Below the pieces are notes generated by a model that worked only from the letters and a program-made list of their open reading frames with translations, ran no database searches and was not told the DNA's origin. Shown here piece after piece: positions 1-7,347 of a stretch of 9,431 nucleotides of DNA. The position numbers and the translations under genes were made by a program. The stretch comes from a virus. Lineage: Duplodnaviria; Heunggongvirae; Uroviricota; Caudoviricetes. Location: IMG/VR virus record IMGVR_UViG_2663762908_000001, one strand, 5' to 3'. Within the stretch, counting starts at the first letter, position 1. Each line of letters starts with the position of its first letter.

Positions 1-235
1 GAGGGCCGGATTCCATCAGGTCTGAAAGCAGGGCGCAGGCGATTTCCATGCCTTTTGTTTGCCCGTGCTGTCGCAGATAAAATCCTTCAAGCTCACGGGC
101 AATAGCGGTTTCAATTTCATCCAGAGTCAGCTGCAGGTGGCGGTTTTGCTGATGGCAGGCACTCAGCCATGCGCAGGCTACCGCGCGGCGATACAACGCT
201 ACCCGAAGTGAAAGGGAAAGAGTGCGTGATTTCAT
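1..235 (-). CDS. hypothetical protein, 5' portion (start at 235, runs off window start); not recognised
   Basis: Open frame on minus strand beginning ATG at 235-233 ([25 protein letters not shown]...), preceded by GGAGG about 7 nt upstream; its ATG overlaps the stop of the upstream ORF in an ATGA junction (232-235). No match to any protein I can recall. Confidence 0.4.
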   Translation of the reverse strand, partial: MKSRTLSLSLRVALYRRAVACAWLSACHQQNRHLQLTLDEIETAIARELEGFYLRQHGQTKGMEIACALLSDLMESGP

Positions 236-456
236 TGCACCACCTCCATGTTCATCAGGTCATCCTGGCAACGCTGTACCACGCCATCAAGCTGCTCTGT
301 CATCAGATAAATCAGGGAAACCAGTTGCTCACATTGAGCATTGGCAGGTTTTTCGTAGCAATCCTGAAGAACAGCCATTCCGGTGACAAGCTCCCCCACG
401 TTACGAAGATGCTTCAGGCGGACAATATCGTCATAAGAGATTGCGGCGTGATTCAT
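232..456 (-). CDS. small acidic hypothetical protein (74 aa); not recognised
   Basis: ATG at 456-454 ([26 protein letters not shown]...EVVQ) with strong Shine-Dalgarno GGGAGGTGA 7 nt upstream; stop TGA at 234-232 overlapping the next start. The ORF track's 87-aa version starts further upstream without an RBS. Confidence 0.45.
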   Translation of the reverse strand: MNHAAISYDDIVRLKHLRNVGELVTGMAVLQDCYEKPANAQCEQLVSLIYLMTEQLDGVVQRCQDDLMNMEVVQ

Positions 457-532
457 CACATCACCTCCCGGACAGGCAGGCGAGCAGCAAGGCAAAGCAC
501 ATACTCATGGACCAGTGAAAGACGTGCATGAT

Positions 533-542
533 NNNNNNNNNN
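533..542. other. run of 10 N (assembly gap or scaffold spacer)
   Basis: 10 consecutive N in the sequence. Confidence 1.
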
Positions 543-722
543 CAGATCTTCCGCCATCCCGGTGACCATACCGTACAGGTTAGAAACCGTCAGCGTGGGG
601 CGCGTACTGGTGCCTTTGCCATTCAGTTCAAAACCACTCCCCTGAATGGGATACGGCTGATACTGTCGCCCCTGCCAGGTGACCGGCTCACCTTTTTCGT
701 TCTGCTCATTACAGAAAAAATA
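543..722 (-). CDS. L: phage lambda-like tail tip protein L, internal fragment (truncated at both ends by N runs)
   Basis: Minus-strand translation YFFCNEQNEKGEPVTWQGRQYQPYPIQGSGFELNGKGTSTRPTLTVSNLYGMVTGMAEDL matches the recalled lambda gpL sequence, roughly residues 36-95. Confidence 0.85.
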
Positions 723-732
723 NNNNNNNNNN
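723..732. other. run of 10 N (assembly gap or scaffold spacer)
   Basis: 10 consecutive N. Confidence 1.
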
Positions 733-916
733 TGATGTTGGTATTCCCCTCACTGTCCAGCACCGGCGTACTGTTCAGCAGCACGCTTTTTAATCCATCC
801 ACCGGACCTTCAACCGGCCCTTCACTGATGGCGTCTATCACGCTCAGCATCTGGGATGATTTCAGGTTGTCCTTCGCTTCGCGCGGGGTATGCCCCTTAC
901 TGCTGCCTTTACCCAT
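733..916 (-). CDS. J: phage lambda-like tail tip/host specificity protein J, N-terminal 61 codons (3' end truncated by N run)
   Basis: ATG at 916; translation MGKGSSKGHTPREAKDNLKS...NSTPVLDSEGNTNI matches the recalled lambda gpJ N-terminus; lies about 60 bp downstream of I, as in lambda. Confidence 0.9.
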
Positions 917-937
917 TCCTCACGCTCCATAAACGAC

Positions 938-958
938 AAAACCGCCCGCAGGCGGTTT
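938..958 (-). terminator. GC-rich hairpin in the I-J intergenic region (candidate attenuator or RNA-stabilising structure)
   Basis: Perfect 8-bp inverted repeat AAACCGCC/GGCGGTTT with a 4-nt loop; on the transcribed (minus) strand it is followed by a U-rich stretch (TTTTGTCGTTTAT). Confidence 0.3.
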
Positions 959-976
959 CACATAAAACATTTTGCA

Positions 977-1648
977 TCAGCGACCAATCACCACAACCTG
1001 ACCACCATCCCCTTCGTCTGCCGTGCTGATCTCCTGAGAGACCACCCGCGACCCCACGCGCATTTCACCGTACAGAACGGGCAGAACATTGCCCTGGGCA
1101 ACCATGTTATCCAGTGAGGAGAAATACGTGTTTTGTTTGCCGTTATCCGTTGTCTGTGTACGGGGAGTTCTGGCTTTCGGTGCCAGCATCTGCGCCACAC
1201 CACCGAGCACCATACTGGCACCGAGAGAAAACAGGATGCCGGTCATACCACCGGCCCCAATGGCTGCCCCCCATGCTGCAAGGGTGGCCCCGGCGGTAAA
1301 GAATGATCCGGCAATGGCGGCAGCCCCCAGGACAATCTGGAATACGCCACCTGACTTGGCCCCGGCGACTCTGGGAACAATATGAATCACAGCGCCATCA
1401 GGCAGAGTCTCATGTAACTGCGCCGTTAATCCGGACGTGCTGACATCCTGCCCGGCAATCCGTACCTGATACCAGCCGTCGCTCAGTTTCTGACGAAACG
1501 CCGGGAGCTGTGTGGCCAGCGCCCGAATGGCTTCAGCCCCCGTTTTCACACGAAGGTCGATGCGGCGGCCAAATCGTTGTAAATCCCCGTAAAGGCAGAT
1601 GCGCGCCATGCCCGGTGACGCCAGAGGGAGTGTGTGCGTCGCTGCCAT
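977..1648 (-). CDS. I: phage lambda-like tail assembly protein I (complete, 223 aa)
   Basis: Full-length ORF; translation MAATHTLPLASPGMARICLYGDLQRFGRRIDLRVKTGAEAIRALATQ...QVVVIGR matches recalled lambda gpI; 672 nt, the same length as lambda I. Confidence 0.95.
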   Translation of the reverse strand: MAATHTLPLASPGMARICLYGDLQRFGRRIDLRVKTGAEAIRALATQLPAFRQKLSDGWYQVRIAGQDVSTSGLTAQLHETLPDGAVIHIVPRVAGAKSGGVFQIVLGAAAIAGSFFTAGATLAAWGAAIGAGGMTGILFSLGASMVLGGVAQMLAPKARTPRTQTTDNGKQNTYFSSLDNMVAQGNVLPVLYGEMRVGSRVVSQEISTADEGDGGQVVVIGR

Positions 1649-1771
1649 TTGTCGGTATACCTCTCTCGTTTGCTCAGTTGTTCAGGAATATGGTGCAGCA
1701 GCTCGCCGTCACCACAGTAAATGGCGGCATGATTCGGCACCGATGAACCAAAACAGCACAGCAGCACATCG
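1546..1771 (-). CDS. K: phage lambda-like tail assembly protein K, C-terminal fragment (5' end truncated by N run)
   Basis: Frame ending at 1546 encodes ...SSVPNHAAIYCGDGELLHHIPEQ..., an NlpC/P60-like C-terminal motif; overlaps the start of I by 103 nt out of frame, the same K/I overlap as in lambda. Confidence 0.8.
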
Positions 1772-1781
1772 NNNNNNNNNN
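1772..1781. other. run of 10 N (assembly gap or scaffold spacer)
   Basis: 10 consecutive N. Confidence 1.
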
Positions 1782-2529
1782 CACTTTTGCGCCTCCCAGA
1801 CGGACCGGTGCTGCGGCGTAATACGCGGCAATTTCACCAATCCAGCCCGTCAGCCTTTCCCGCTGCTCCTTACTGTTCGCGCCCAGAATAAAATCCATCG
1901 CTGACTGCGTATCCAGCTCACTTTCAATGGTGGCGGCATACATCGCCTTCACAATGGCGCTCTGCAGCTGCGTGTTCTGCAGCGTGTCGAGCATCTTCAT
2001 CTGCTCCATTACGCTGTAAAACACATTTGCACCGCGGGTCTGCCCGTCCTCCACGGGTTCAAAAACGTGAATGAACGAGGCGCGCCCGCCGGGTAACTCA
2101 CGGGGTATCCATGTCCATTTCTGCGGCATCCAGCCAGGATACCCGTCCTCGCTGACGTAATATCCCAGCGCCGCACCGCTGTCATTAATCTGCACACCGG
2201 CACGGCAGTTCCGGCTGTCGCCGGTATTGTTCGGGTTGCTGATACGCTTCGGACTGACCATCCGGAACTGTGTCCGGAACAGTCGCGACGGGCTGGTATC
2301 CCAGGTGGCCTGAACGAACAGTTCACCGTTAAAGGCATGCATGGCCACACCTTCCCGAATCATCATGGTGAACGTGCGTTTTCGCTCAACGTCAATGCAG
2401 CAACAGTCGTCCTCGGCAAACTCTTTCCATGCCGCTTCAACCTCGCGGGAAAAGGCACGGGCTTCTTCCTCCCCGATGCCCAGATAGCGCCAGCTTGGGC
2501 GATGACTGAGCCGGAAAAAAGACCCGACG
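1782..2529 (-). CDS. B: phage lambda-like portal protein B, internal fragment (both ends truncated by N runs)
   Basis: Minus-strand frame is open from 2529 and encodes ...GSFFRLSHRPSWRYLGIGEEEARAFSREVEAAWKEFAEDDCCCIDVERKRTFTMMIREGVAMHAFNGELFVQATW...AAPVRLGGAKV, matching the recalled central region of lambda gpB. Confidence 0.9.
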
Positions 2530-2539
2530 NNNNNNNNNN
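2530..2539. other. run of 10 N (assembly gap or scaffold spacer)
   Basis: 10 consecutive N. Confidence 1.
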
Positions 2540-2665
2540 GGTGTCCAGCATCAGCGGGGTCATTGCAGGCGCTTTCGCACTCAATCCGCCGGGCGCGGTT
2601 GCCGTATGTGCCGGGTCACTGTTGCCCAGCGGCTGGTAATGGGTAAAGGTTTCTTTGCTCGTCAT
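2540..2665 (-). CDS. D: phage lambda-like head decoration protein D, N-terminal 42 codons (3' end truncated by N run)
   Basis: ATG at 2665 giving [42 protein letters not shown], matching the recalled lambda gpD N-terminus; starts 9 nt after the C stop. An alternative upstream ATG at 2671 would add MF. Confidence 0.9.
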
Positions 2666-2674
2666 AAACATCCC

Positions 2675-3070
2675 TTACACTGGTGTGTTCAGCAAATCGT
2701 TAACGGCATCAGATGCCGGGTTACCTGCAGCCAGCGGTGCCGGTGCCCCCTGCATCAGACGATCCAGCGCAGTGTCACTGCGCGCCTGTGCACTCTGTGG
2801 TGCAGCTGCCAGAATGCGGCGGGCCGTTTCCACGGTCATACCGGGGGTTTCTGCCAGCACGCGGGCCTGTTCTTCGCGTCCGTGAGCCTCCTCACAGTTG
2901 AGGATCCCCATAATGCGGCTGTTTTCTGCCGCAACCGCAGCGGTGATCTGCGCGTTCACGTCCGGCTGCGCCGCGCTGGCGTTTTCGCCCTCCGTCGCTG
3001 GCACCACGTCAGTAACGTCAGCCTGCGAAGCAGTGGCTGAAACAGTTGTTGATTGAGTCTCTTTGGTCAT
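2675..3070 (-). CDS. nu3: nested in-frame scaffolding protein Nu3 (C-terminal 131 codons of C)
   Basis: Internal ATG at 3070 (MTKETQSTTVSATASQ...) in the C frame, preceded by strong SD AGGAGGG 4 nt upstream. Lambda nu3 is known to be nested in-frame in C; a second in-frame Met further upstream (MDATRQ..., 201 codons from the stop) is an alternative start. Confidence 0.5.
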   Translation of the reverse strand: MTKETQSTTVSATASQADVTDVVPATEGENASAAQPDVNAQITAAVAAENSRIMGILNCEEAHGREEQARVLAETPGMTVETARRILAAAPQSAQARSDTALDRLMQGAPAPLAAGNPASDAVNDLLNTPV

Positions 3071-3923
3071 TCGCCCTCCTGAGAGACGGGATTTACGTGC
3101 ATCCAGTGCATCACGCATAACGGTGATCGCATCGGTGCTGTTGACAAGTTCATCAGCCAGTCCGGCATCAATGGCCTCCTGACCGCTGTACACTGCAGCC
3201 TCGGTATCCAGCACAGCCTGCACGGACAGGCCGGTATATGCCGACACCTTCTGCGCAAACATCTGGCGGGTTGCATCCATCCGGGACTGCAGTGTCTCCC
3301 GGACGTCATCCGGAAGATGGCTGTAGGGGTTGCCATCCACCTTATGGCTGCCGCTGTAAATCAGCGTGATTTCCACGCCCTGTTTCTCCAGTGCAGCGCC
3401 GTAATTACTGTGAGCCATCATGACGCCGATGGAGCCTGTCCGGGCGGTCTGCGTGACCAGACGCCGGGAGGCGGCACTGGCAAGCAGCTGACCTGCGCTG
3501 CAGTTCATGTCATTGGCCAGCGCCCATACCGGCTTTATGTCACGCACACGGGCGATGATGTCAGCGCAGTCAAATGCCCCCGCCACCATCCCGCCGGGCG
3601 TGTCCATATCGAGCAGAATGCCGTCCACCATCGGATCGCTGGCAGCCTGTTGCAGACGGGCGATAATGCCGTTGTAACCGGTCATCCCCGAGTACGGCTG
3701 CAGCGCCCGCGTCCGGCTGACCAGCGTGCCGGACACCGGCAGCACGGCGATGCCGTTCATGACCTGATAACTGCGGGCCTGTCGTGGTCCGTCATCATCA
3801 CCGGATAATGCCAGCGTCGCGAGTGCCTCCTGGGCAGTCAGGCTGTCGCCGGACACCGCATCCGTCAGGCGGCTGATCCCAAGCTGGCCTGCAAGCGCAC
3901 AAAAGAAAACCCGCGCATAGGCG
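2675..3923 (-). CDS. C: phage lambda-like head maturation protease/scaffold protein C (S49/ClpP-like), missing about 24 N-terminal codons at the N run
   Basis: Frame open from 3923 to stop at 2675-2677; translation ...AYARVFFCALAGQLGISLTDAVSGDSLTAQEALATLALSGDDDGPRQ...NDLLNTPV matches recalled lambda gpC. The ORF track's start at 3856 is an internal GTG. Confidence 0.9.
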
Positions 3924-3933
3924 NNNNNNNNNN
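3924..3933. other. run of 10 N (assembly gap or scaffold spacer)
   Basis: 10 consecutive N. Confidence 1.
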
Positions 3934-4456
3934 TGCAGATTTTTGTGACGCTGCAGCATTCGTTTCTGACGTTTTCGCCGCACCGGCACTGGTAGCCGCC
4001 GCGCTTTTTGAGGACTCTGCAGCGGCAGCACTTTTTGATGCTTCAGTAGCCTTTGTTGATGCCGTTCCTGCGCTGGAAGACGCTGACTGAGCCGACGTCG
4101 CGGCCTGCCCGGCTGATGTGCTGGCTGCACGTGCTGAGCCTGCAGCATCAGTCGCATGGGTTGCCGCCTCACGGGCTGATGTGCCGGCATCACTGGCTGA
4201 CTTCTTCGCGGCTGCCGTGTTCTGTGCCACTGCGGACGCGTTACGCGCCACCTCTTCCACCATCAGTTCAAAACGGCGCAGTGCCTCCGGACGGGCATCA
4301 TCCTCCGTCATGGCACCGAGAAAATCATTCAGCGTACCGGGTTGAGAATCTTCATACACGGTGATGGTCCCGGCATGTGACGGCGGGAATCCTTCCACCA
4401 ACAGAATAACGCTGTACTGACCGTACTCAACGTCCATGCTGTAACGCCCGGCTTCA
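3934..4456 (-). CDS. stf: phage lambda-like side tail fibre protein Stf, N-terminal region fragment (both ends truncated by N runs)
   Basis: Minus-strand translation EAGRYSMDVEYGQYSVIL...FPPSHAGTITVYEDSQPGTLNDFL...MTEDDARPE...MVEEVARNAS... followed by an Ala/Ser/Thr-rich low-complexity region, matching the recalled lambda Stf (orf-401) N-terminal region. Confidence 0.8.
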
Positions 4457-4466
4457 NNNNNNNNNN
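4457..4466. other. run of 10 N (assembly gap or scaffold spacer)
   Basis: 10 consecutive N. Confidence 1.
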
Positions 4467-4593
4467 GGTTGTTAACAACGAAGGCGAGAGCGCCATCACC
4501 AACGGTGGCACCGGCACGCAGATTAACGGTGATGACGCCACGGCAAACAACAACGGCAAAACCACCGTTGACGGCAAGGATTCCACCGGTACG
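4467..4593. other. unassigned 127-bp coding-like fragment (possible tail fibre or Ig-like repeat piece); strand and frame unresolved
   Basis: Open in more than one frame on both strands; plus frame reads VVNNEGESAITNGGTGTQINGDDATANNNGKTTVDGKDSTGT (Gly/Thr/Asn-rich, E. coli-like codon third positions). Too short to assign. Confidence 0.2.
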
Positions 4594-4603
4594 NNNNNNN
4601 NNN
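4594..4603. other. run of 10 N (assembly gap or scaffold spacer)
   Basis: 10 consecutive N. Confidence 1.
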
Positions 4604-4717
4604 GTAAAGTCTAGATATTTTGTAGCACCAGCTGAACCACCGTATGTAAATCTTATTGTTAATCGACCTTGCTCATTTGGAAAAGTCTGAACATACATAT
4701 CAGCGGCAAGGCGCACA
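4604..4717 (-). CDS. unassigned AT-rich ORF fragment (open through the whole block on the minus strand)
   Basis: Minus frame VRLAADMYVQTFPNEQGRLTIRFTYGGSAGATKYLDF is the only frame without stops; codon usage is AT-rich, unlike the lambda-like blocks. Not recognised. Confidence 0.25.
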
Positions 4718-4727
4718 NNNNNNNNNN
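4718..4727. other. run of 10 N (assembly gap or scaffold spacer)
   Basis: 10 consecutive N. Confidence 1.
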
Positions 4728-4925
4728 GGTCGGCGCATAATGCCTGATGCGACGCTTGTCGCGTCTTATCATGCCTACAGGTTTGTGCCGAACCGTAGGC
4801 CGGATAAGGCGTTCACGCCGCATCCGGCAGTTGGCGCACAATGCCTGATGCGACGCTTGACGCGTCTTATCATGCCTACAGGTTTGTGCCGAACCGTAGG
4901 CCGGATAAGGCGTTCACGCCGCATC
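4728..4925. repeat. tandem BIME/REP array (two ~100-bp units of paired palindromic units; second unit truncated by N run)
   Basis: Direct repeat with 100-bp period (AATGCCTGATGCGACGCTTG[T/A]CGCGTCTTATCATGCCTACAG...GTAGGCCGGATAAGGCGTTCACGCCGCATCCGGCA), two mismatches between copies; each unit holds two imperfect palindromes of the E. coli REP consensus type. Confidence 0.8.
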
Positions 4926-4935
4926 NNNNNNNNNN
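4926..4935. other. run of 10 N (assembly gap or scaffold spacer)
   Basis: 10 consecutive N. Confidence 1.
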
Positions 4936-5059
4936 TCGTTTTGGCCCGGACGGGAATGAAGTTATCCCCGCTTCCCCGGATGTGGCGGACATGACGGAGG
5001 ATGACGTAATGCTGATGACAGTATCAGAAGGGATCGCAGGAGGAGTCCGGTATGGCTGA
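4936..5059 (+). CDS. T: phage lambda-like tail assembly protein T (G-T frameshift product), C-terminal fragment
   Basis: Plus frame ...RFGPDGNEVIPASPDVADMTEDDVMLMTVSEGIAGGVRYG with stop at 5057-5059, overlapping the H start by 8 nt as in lambda. Confidence 0.75.
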
Positions 5060-5473
5060 ACCGGTAGGCGATCTGGTCGTTGATTTGAGTCTGGATGCGG
5101 CCAGATTTGACGAGCAGATGGCCAGAGTCAGGCGTCATTTTTCCGGTACGGAAAGTGATGCGAAAAAAACAGCGGCAGTCGTTGAACAGTCGCTGAGCCG
5201 ACAGGCGCTGGCTGCACAGAAAGCGGGGATTTCCGTCGGGCAGTATAAAGCCGCCATGCGTATGCTGCCTGCGCAGTTCACCGACGTGGCCACGCAGCTT
5301 GCAGGCGGGCAGAGTCCGTGGCTGATCCTGCTGCAACAGGGTGGTCAGGTGAAGGACTCCTTCGGCGGGATGATCCCCATGTTCAGGGGGCTTGCCGGTG
5401 CGATCACCCTGCCGATGGTCGGGGCCACCTCGCTGGCGGTGGCGACCGGTGCGCTGGCGTATGCCTGGTATCA
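5052..5473 (+). CDS. H: phage lambda-like tail tape measure protein H, N-terminal 140 codons (3' end truncated by N run)
   Basis: ATG at 5052 with GGAGGAG SD upstream; translation MAEPVGDLVVDLSLDAARFDEQMARVRRHFSGTESDAKKTAAVVEQSLSRQALAAQKAG...ALAYAWY matches the recalled lambda gpH N-terminus. Confidence 0.9.
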
Positions 5474-5483
5474 NNNNNNNNNN
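5474..5483. other. run of 10 N (assembly gap or scaffold spacer)
   Basis: 10 consecutive N. Confidence 1.
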
Positions 5484-5712
5484 CCCCCCCGGTAGAGTTG
5501 CCCCTACTCCGGTTTTCGAGACCGATGATACAGAGTCGAAAAATCAAAGAGTTAAAAATTTCTCTTGGAATAAATGTCTTAAAATTGTACACGAAAAATC
5601 AATGAATTACATAACATTAAAGAAGAATATTCCAAGCCTTCTTGAGGCTACCACCTGTTTTCAGGTGTCATTCAGACGTGATTTGCCCCAGATTGGGAAA
5701 GCACGCTTTTTT
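5484..5712. other. unassigned AT-rich sequence flanking the IS1 left end (likely intergenic or regulatory DNA of the insertion target)
   Basis: Low GC, no convincing ORF; runs directly into the IS1 terminal inverted repeat at 5713. Confidence 0.3.
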
Positions 5713-5774
5713 GGTGATGCTGCCAACTTACTGATTTAGTGTATGATGGTGTTTTTGAGGTGCTCCAGTGGCTT
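5713..5774 (+). mobile_element. IS1 left end (IRL plus first codons of insA), truncated by N run
   Basis: GGTGATGCTGCCAACTTACTGATTTAGTGTATGATGGTGTTTTTGAGGTGCTCCAGTGGCTT matches the recalled IS1 left terminus including the insA GTG start at 5768. Confidence 0.85.
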
Positions 5775-5784
5775 NNNNNNNNNN
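5775..5784. other. run of 10 N (assembly gap or scaffold spacer)
   Basis: 10 consecutive N. Confidence 1.
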
Positions 5785-6388
5785 CGTCAGCTCAATCCGC
5801 GACGGTGCTGCCGGTGCGGCGATCCGGAACGATACCGATGCCGGATCGCCCTGCTGTCCCCACGCATTTACCGCCCGGACCGTCAGCCTGTAGTTCCCCA
5901 GCGCCAGTTGCGTGAAGCGGTATGTGGTTTCCGTCGTCCTGGCCGTGCTGACCAGCCGCTCACTGCCGTCATCCGCTGCCACGGTCAGGCGAAGCATAAA
6001 GCTCACGCCCTTCACCACCTTCGGCGTGTCCCATCGCGCCAGCACCTGATATTCCCCGCTGTCTGCGGTGACTTCGGCGGTCAGATGCTGCACTGCTGGC
6101 GGCGTGACACCATTCACCGTGCCGCTCTGGTCACCGTCAAAGTGCGCCCCGTTATCCACGATGGCTTCTTTCTCCGGTACATGCTGCACGGCAGTGATGG
6201 CATACGTGCCGTCGTCGTTCTCACGGATACTCACACAGCGGAACAGGCGCTGGCGCAGCGTCGGCAGCTTCAGCCCCCACACGCTGTACTCGGCAACGCC
6301 GTCAGGAACCCGGCTCACTTTCACCTTCACGCCGTCGGTGACGGACTGGACCTCCACGCTGACCGGATTGCCACTTCCGTCAACCAGG
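5785..6388 (-). CDS. J: phage lambda-like tail protein J, internal (central) fragment, both ends truncated by N runs
   Basis: Minus-strand translation ...VEVQSVTDGVKVKVSRVPDGVAEYSVW.LKLPTLRQRLFRCVSIRENDDGTYAITAVQHVPEKEAIVDNGAHFDG...RIAAPAAPSRIELT matches the recalled central region of lambda gpJ. Confidence 0.9.
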
Positions 6389-6398
6389 NNNNNNNNNN
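6389..6398. other. run of 10 N (assembly gap or scaffold spacer)
   Basis: 10 consecutive N. Confidence 1.
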
Positions 6399-7347
6399 AC
6401 CTGGAAAGTGGAACATAAATTATCGGATATTCTACTGTTGACTATTTGTGCCGTTATTTCTGGTGCAGAAGGTTGGGAAGATATAGAGGATTTTGGGGAA
6501 ACACATCTCGATTTTTTGAAGCAATATGGTGATTTTGAAAATGGTATTCCTGTTCACGATACCATTGCCAGAGTTGTATCCTGTATCAGTCCTGCAAAAT
6601 TTCACGAGTGCTTTATTAACTGGATGCGTGACTGCCATTCTTCAGATGATAAAGACGTCATTGCAATTGATGGAAAAACGCTCCGGCACTCTTATGACAA
6701 GAGTCGCCGCAGGGGAGCGATTCATGTCATTAGTGCGTTCTCAACAATGCACAGTCTGGTCATCGGACAGATCAAGACGGATGAGAAATCTAATGAGATT
6801 ACAGCTATCCCAGAACTTCTTAACATGCTGGATATTAAAGGAAAAATCATCACAACTGATGCGATGGGTTGCCAGAAAGATATTGCAGAGAAGATACAAA
6901 AACAGGGAGGTGATTATTTATTCGCGGTAAAAGGAAACCAGGGGCGGCTAAATAAAGCCTTTGAGGAAAAATTTCCGCTGAAAGAATTAAATAATCCAGA
7001 GCATGACAGTTACGCAATCAGTGAAAAGAGTCACGGCAGAGAAGAAATCCGTCTTCATATTGTTTGCGATGTCCCTGATGAACTTATTGATTTCACGTTT
7101 GAATGGAAAGGACTGAAGAAATTATGCGTGGCAGTCTCCTTTCGGTCAATAATAGCAGAACAAAAGAAAGAGCCAGAAATGACGGTCAGATATTATATCA
7201 GTTCTGCTGATTTAACCGCAGAAAAGTTCGCCACAGCAATCCGAAACCACTGGCACGTGGAGAATAAGTTGCACTGGCGTATGGACGTGGTAATGAATGA
7301 AGACGACTGCAAAATAAGAAGAGGAAACGCCGCAGAATTATTTTCAG
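6399..7347 (+). CDS. ISAs1-family (H-repeat-associated) transposase, internal fragment, truncated at both ends by N runs
   Basis: Plus-strand translation [56 protein letters not shown]...[33 protein letters not shown] matches the recalled E. coli H-repeat proteins (YhhI/YdcC/YbfD family). Confidence 0.9.

Noticed and set aside
169-531. 120-aa plus-strand ORF in block 1
   Set aside because: The opposite strand carries two ORFs with proper Shine-Dalgarno sequences and a coupled ATGA junction; the plus ORF has no RBS and an implausible composition. Still unverified, so kept as the alternative.
3317-3808. 163-aa plus-strand ORF (and similar ones at 2606-3040, 2337-2639, 4053-4364)
   Set aside because: Lies antisense to the strongly supported lambda C/nu3, D and B reading frames; a typical shadow ORF in GC-rich coding DNA with no RBS and no recognisable protein.
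3865-4716. 283-aa minus-strand ORF spanning three blocks
   Set aside because: Translated through three N runs; only the 3934-4456 portion (Stf) is a real coding segment, and the parts beyond the Ns are unrelated fragments that happen to be open in this frame.
4728-4925. Possible CRISPR array
   Set aside because: Only two repeat units with a 100-bp period and no unique spacers; the units are palindromic REP/BIME-type sequence and no cas genes are present.
4936-5059. G-T programmed frameshift slippery site
   Set aside because: Only the C-terminal 40 codons of T are present; the slippery sequence lies upstream at the end of G, outside this block.
5743-6441. 232-aa plus-strand ORF
   Set aside because: Antisense to the lambda J internal fragment and translated through two N runs; chimeric artefact.
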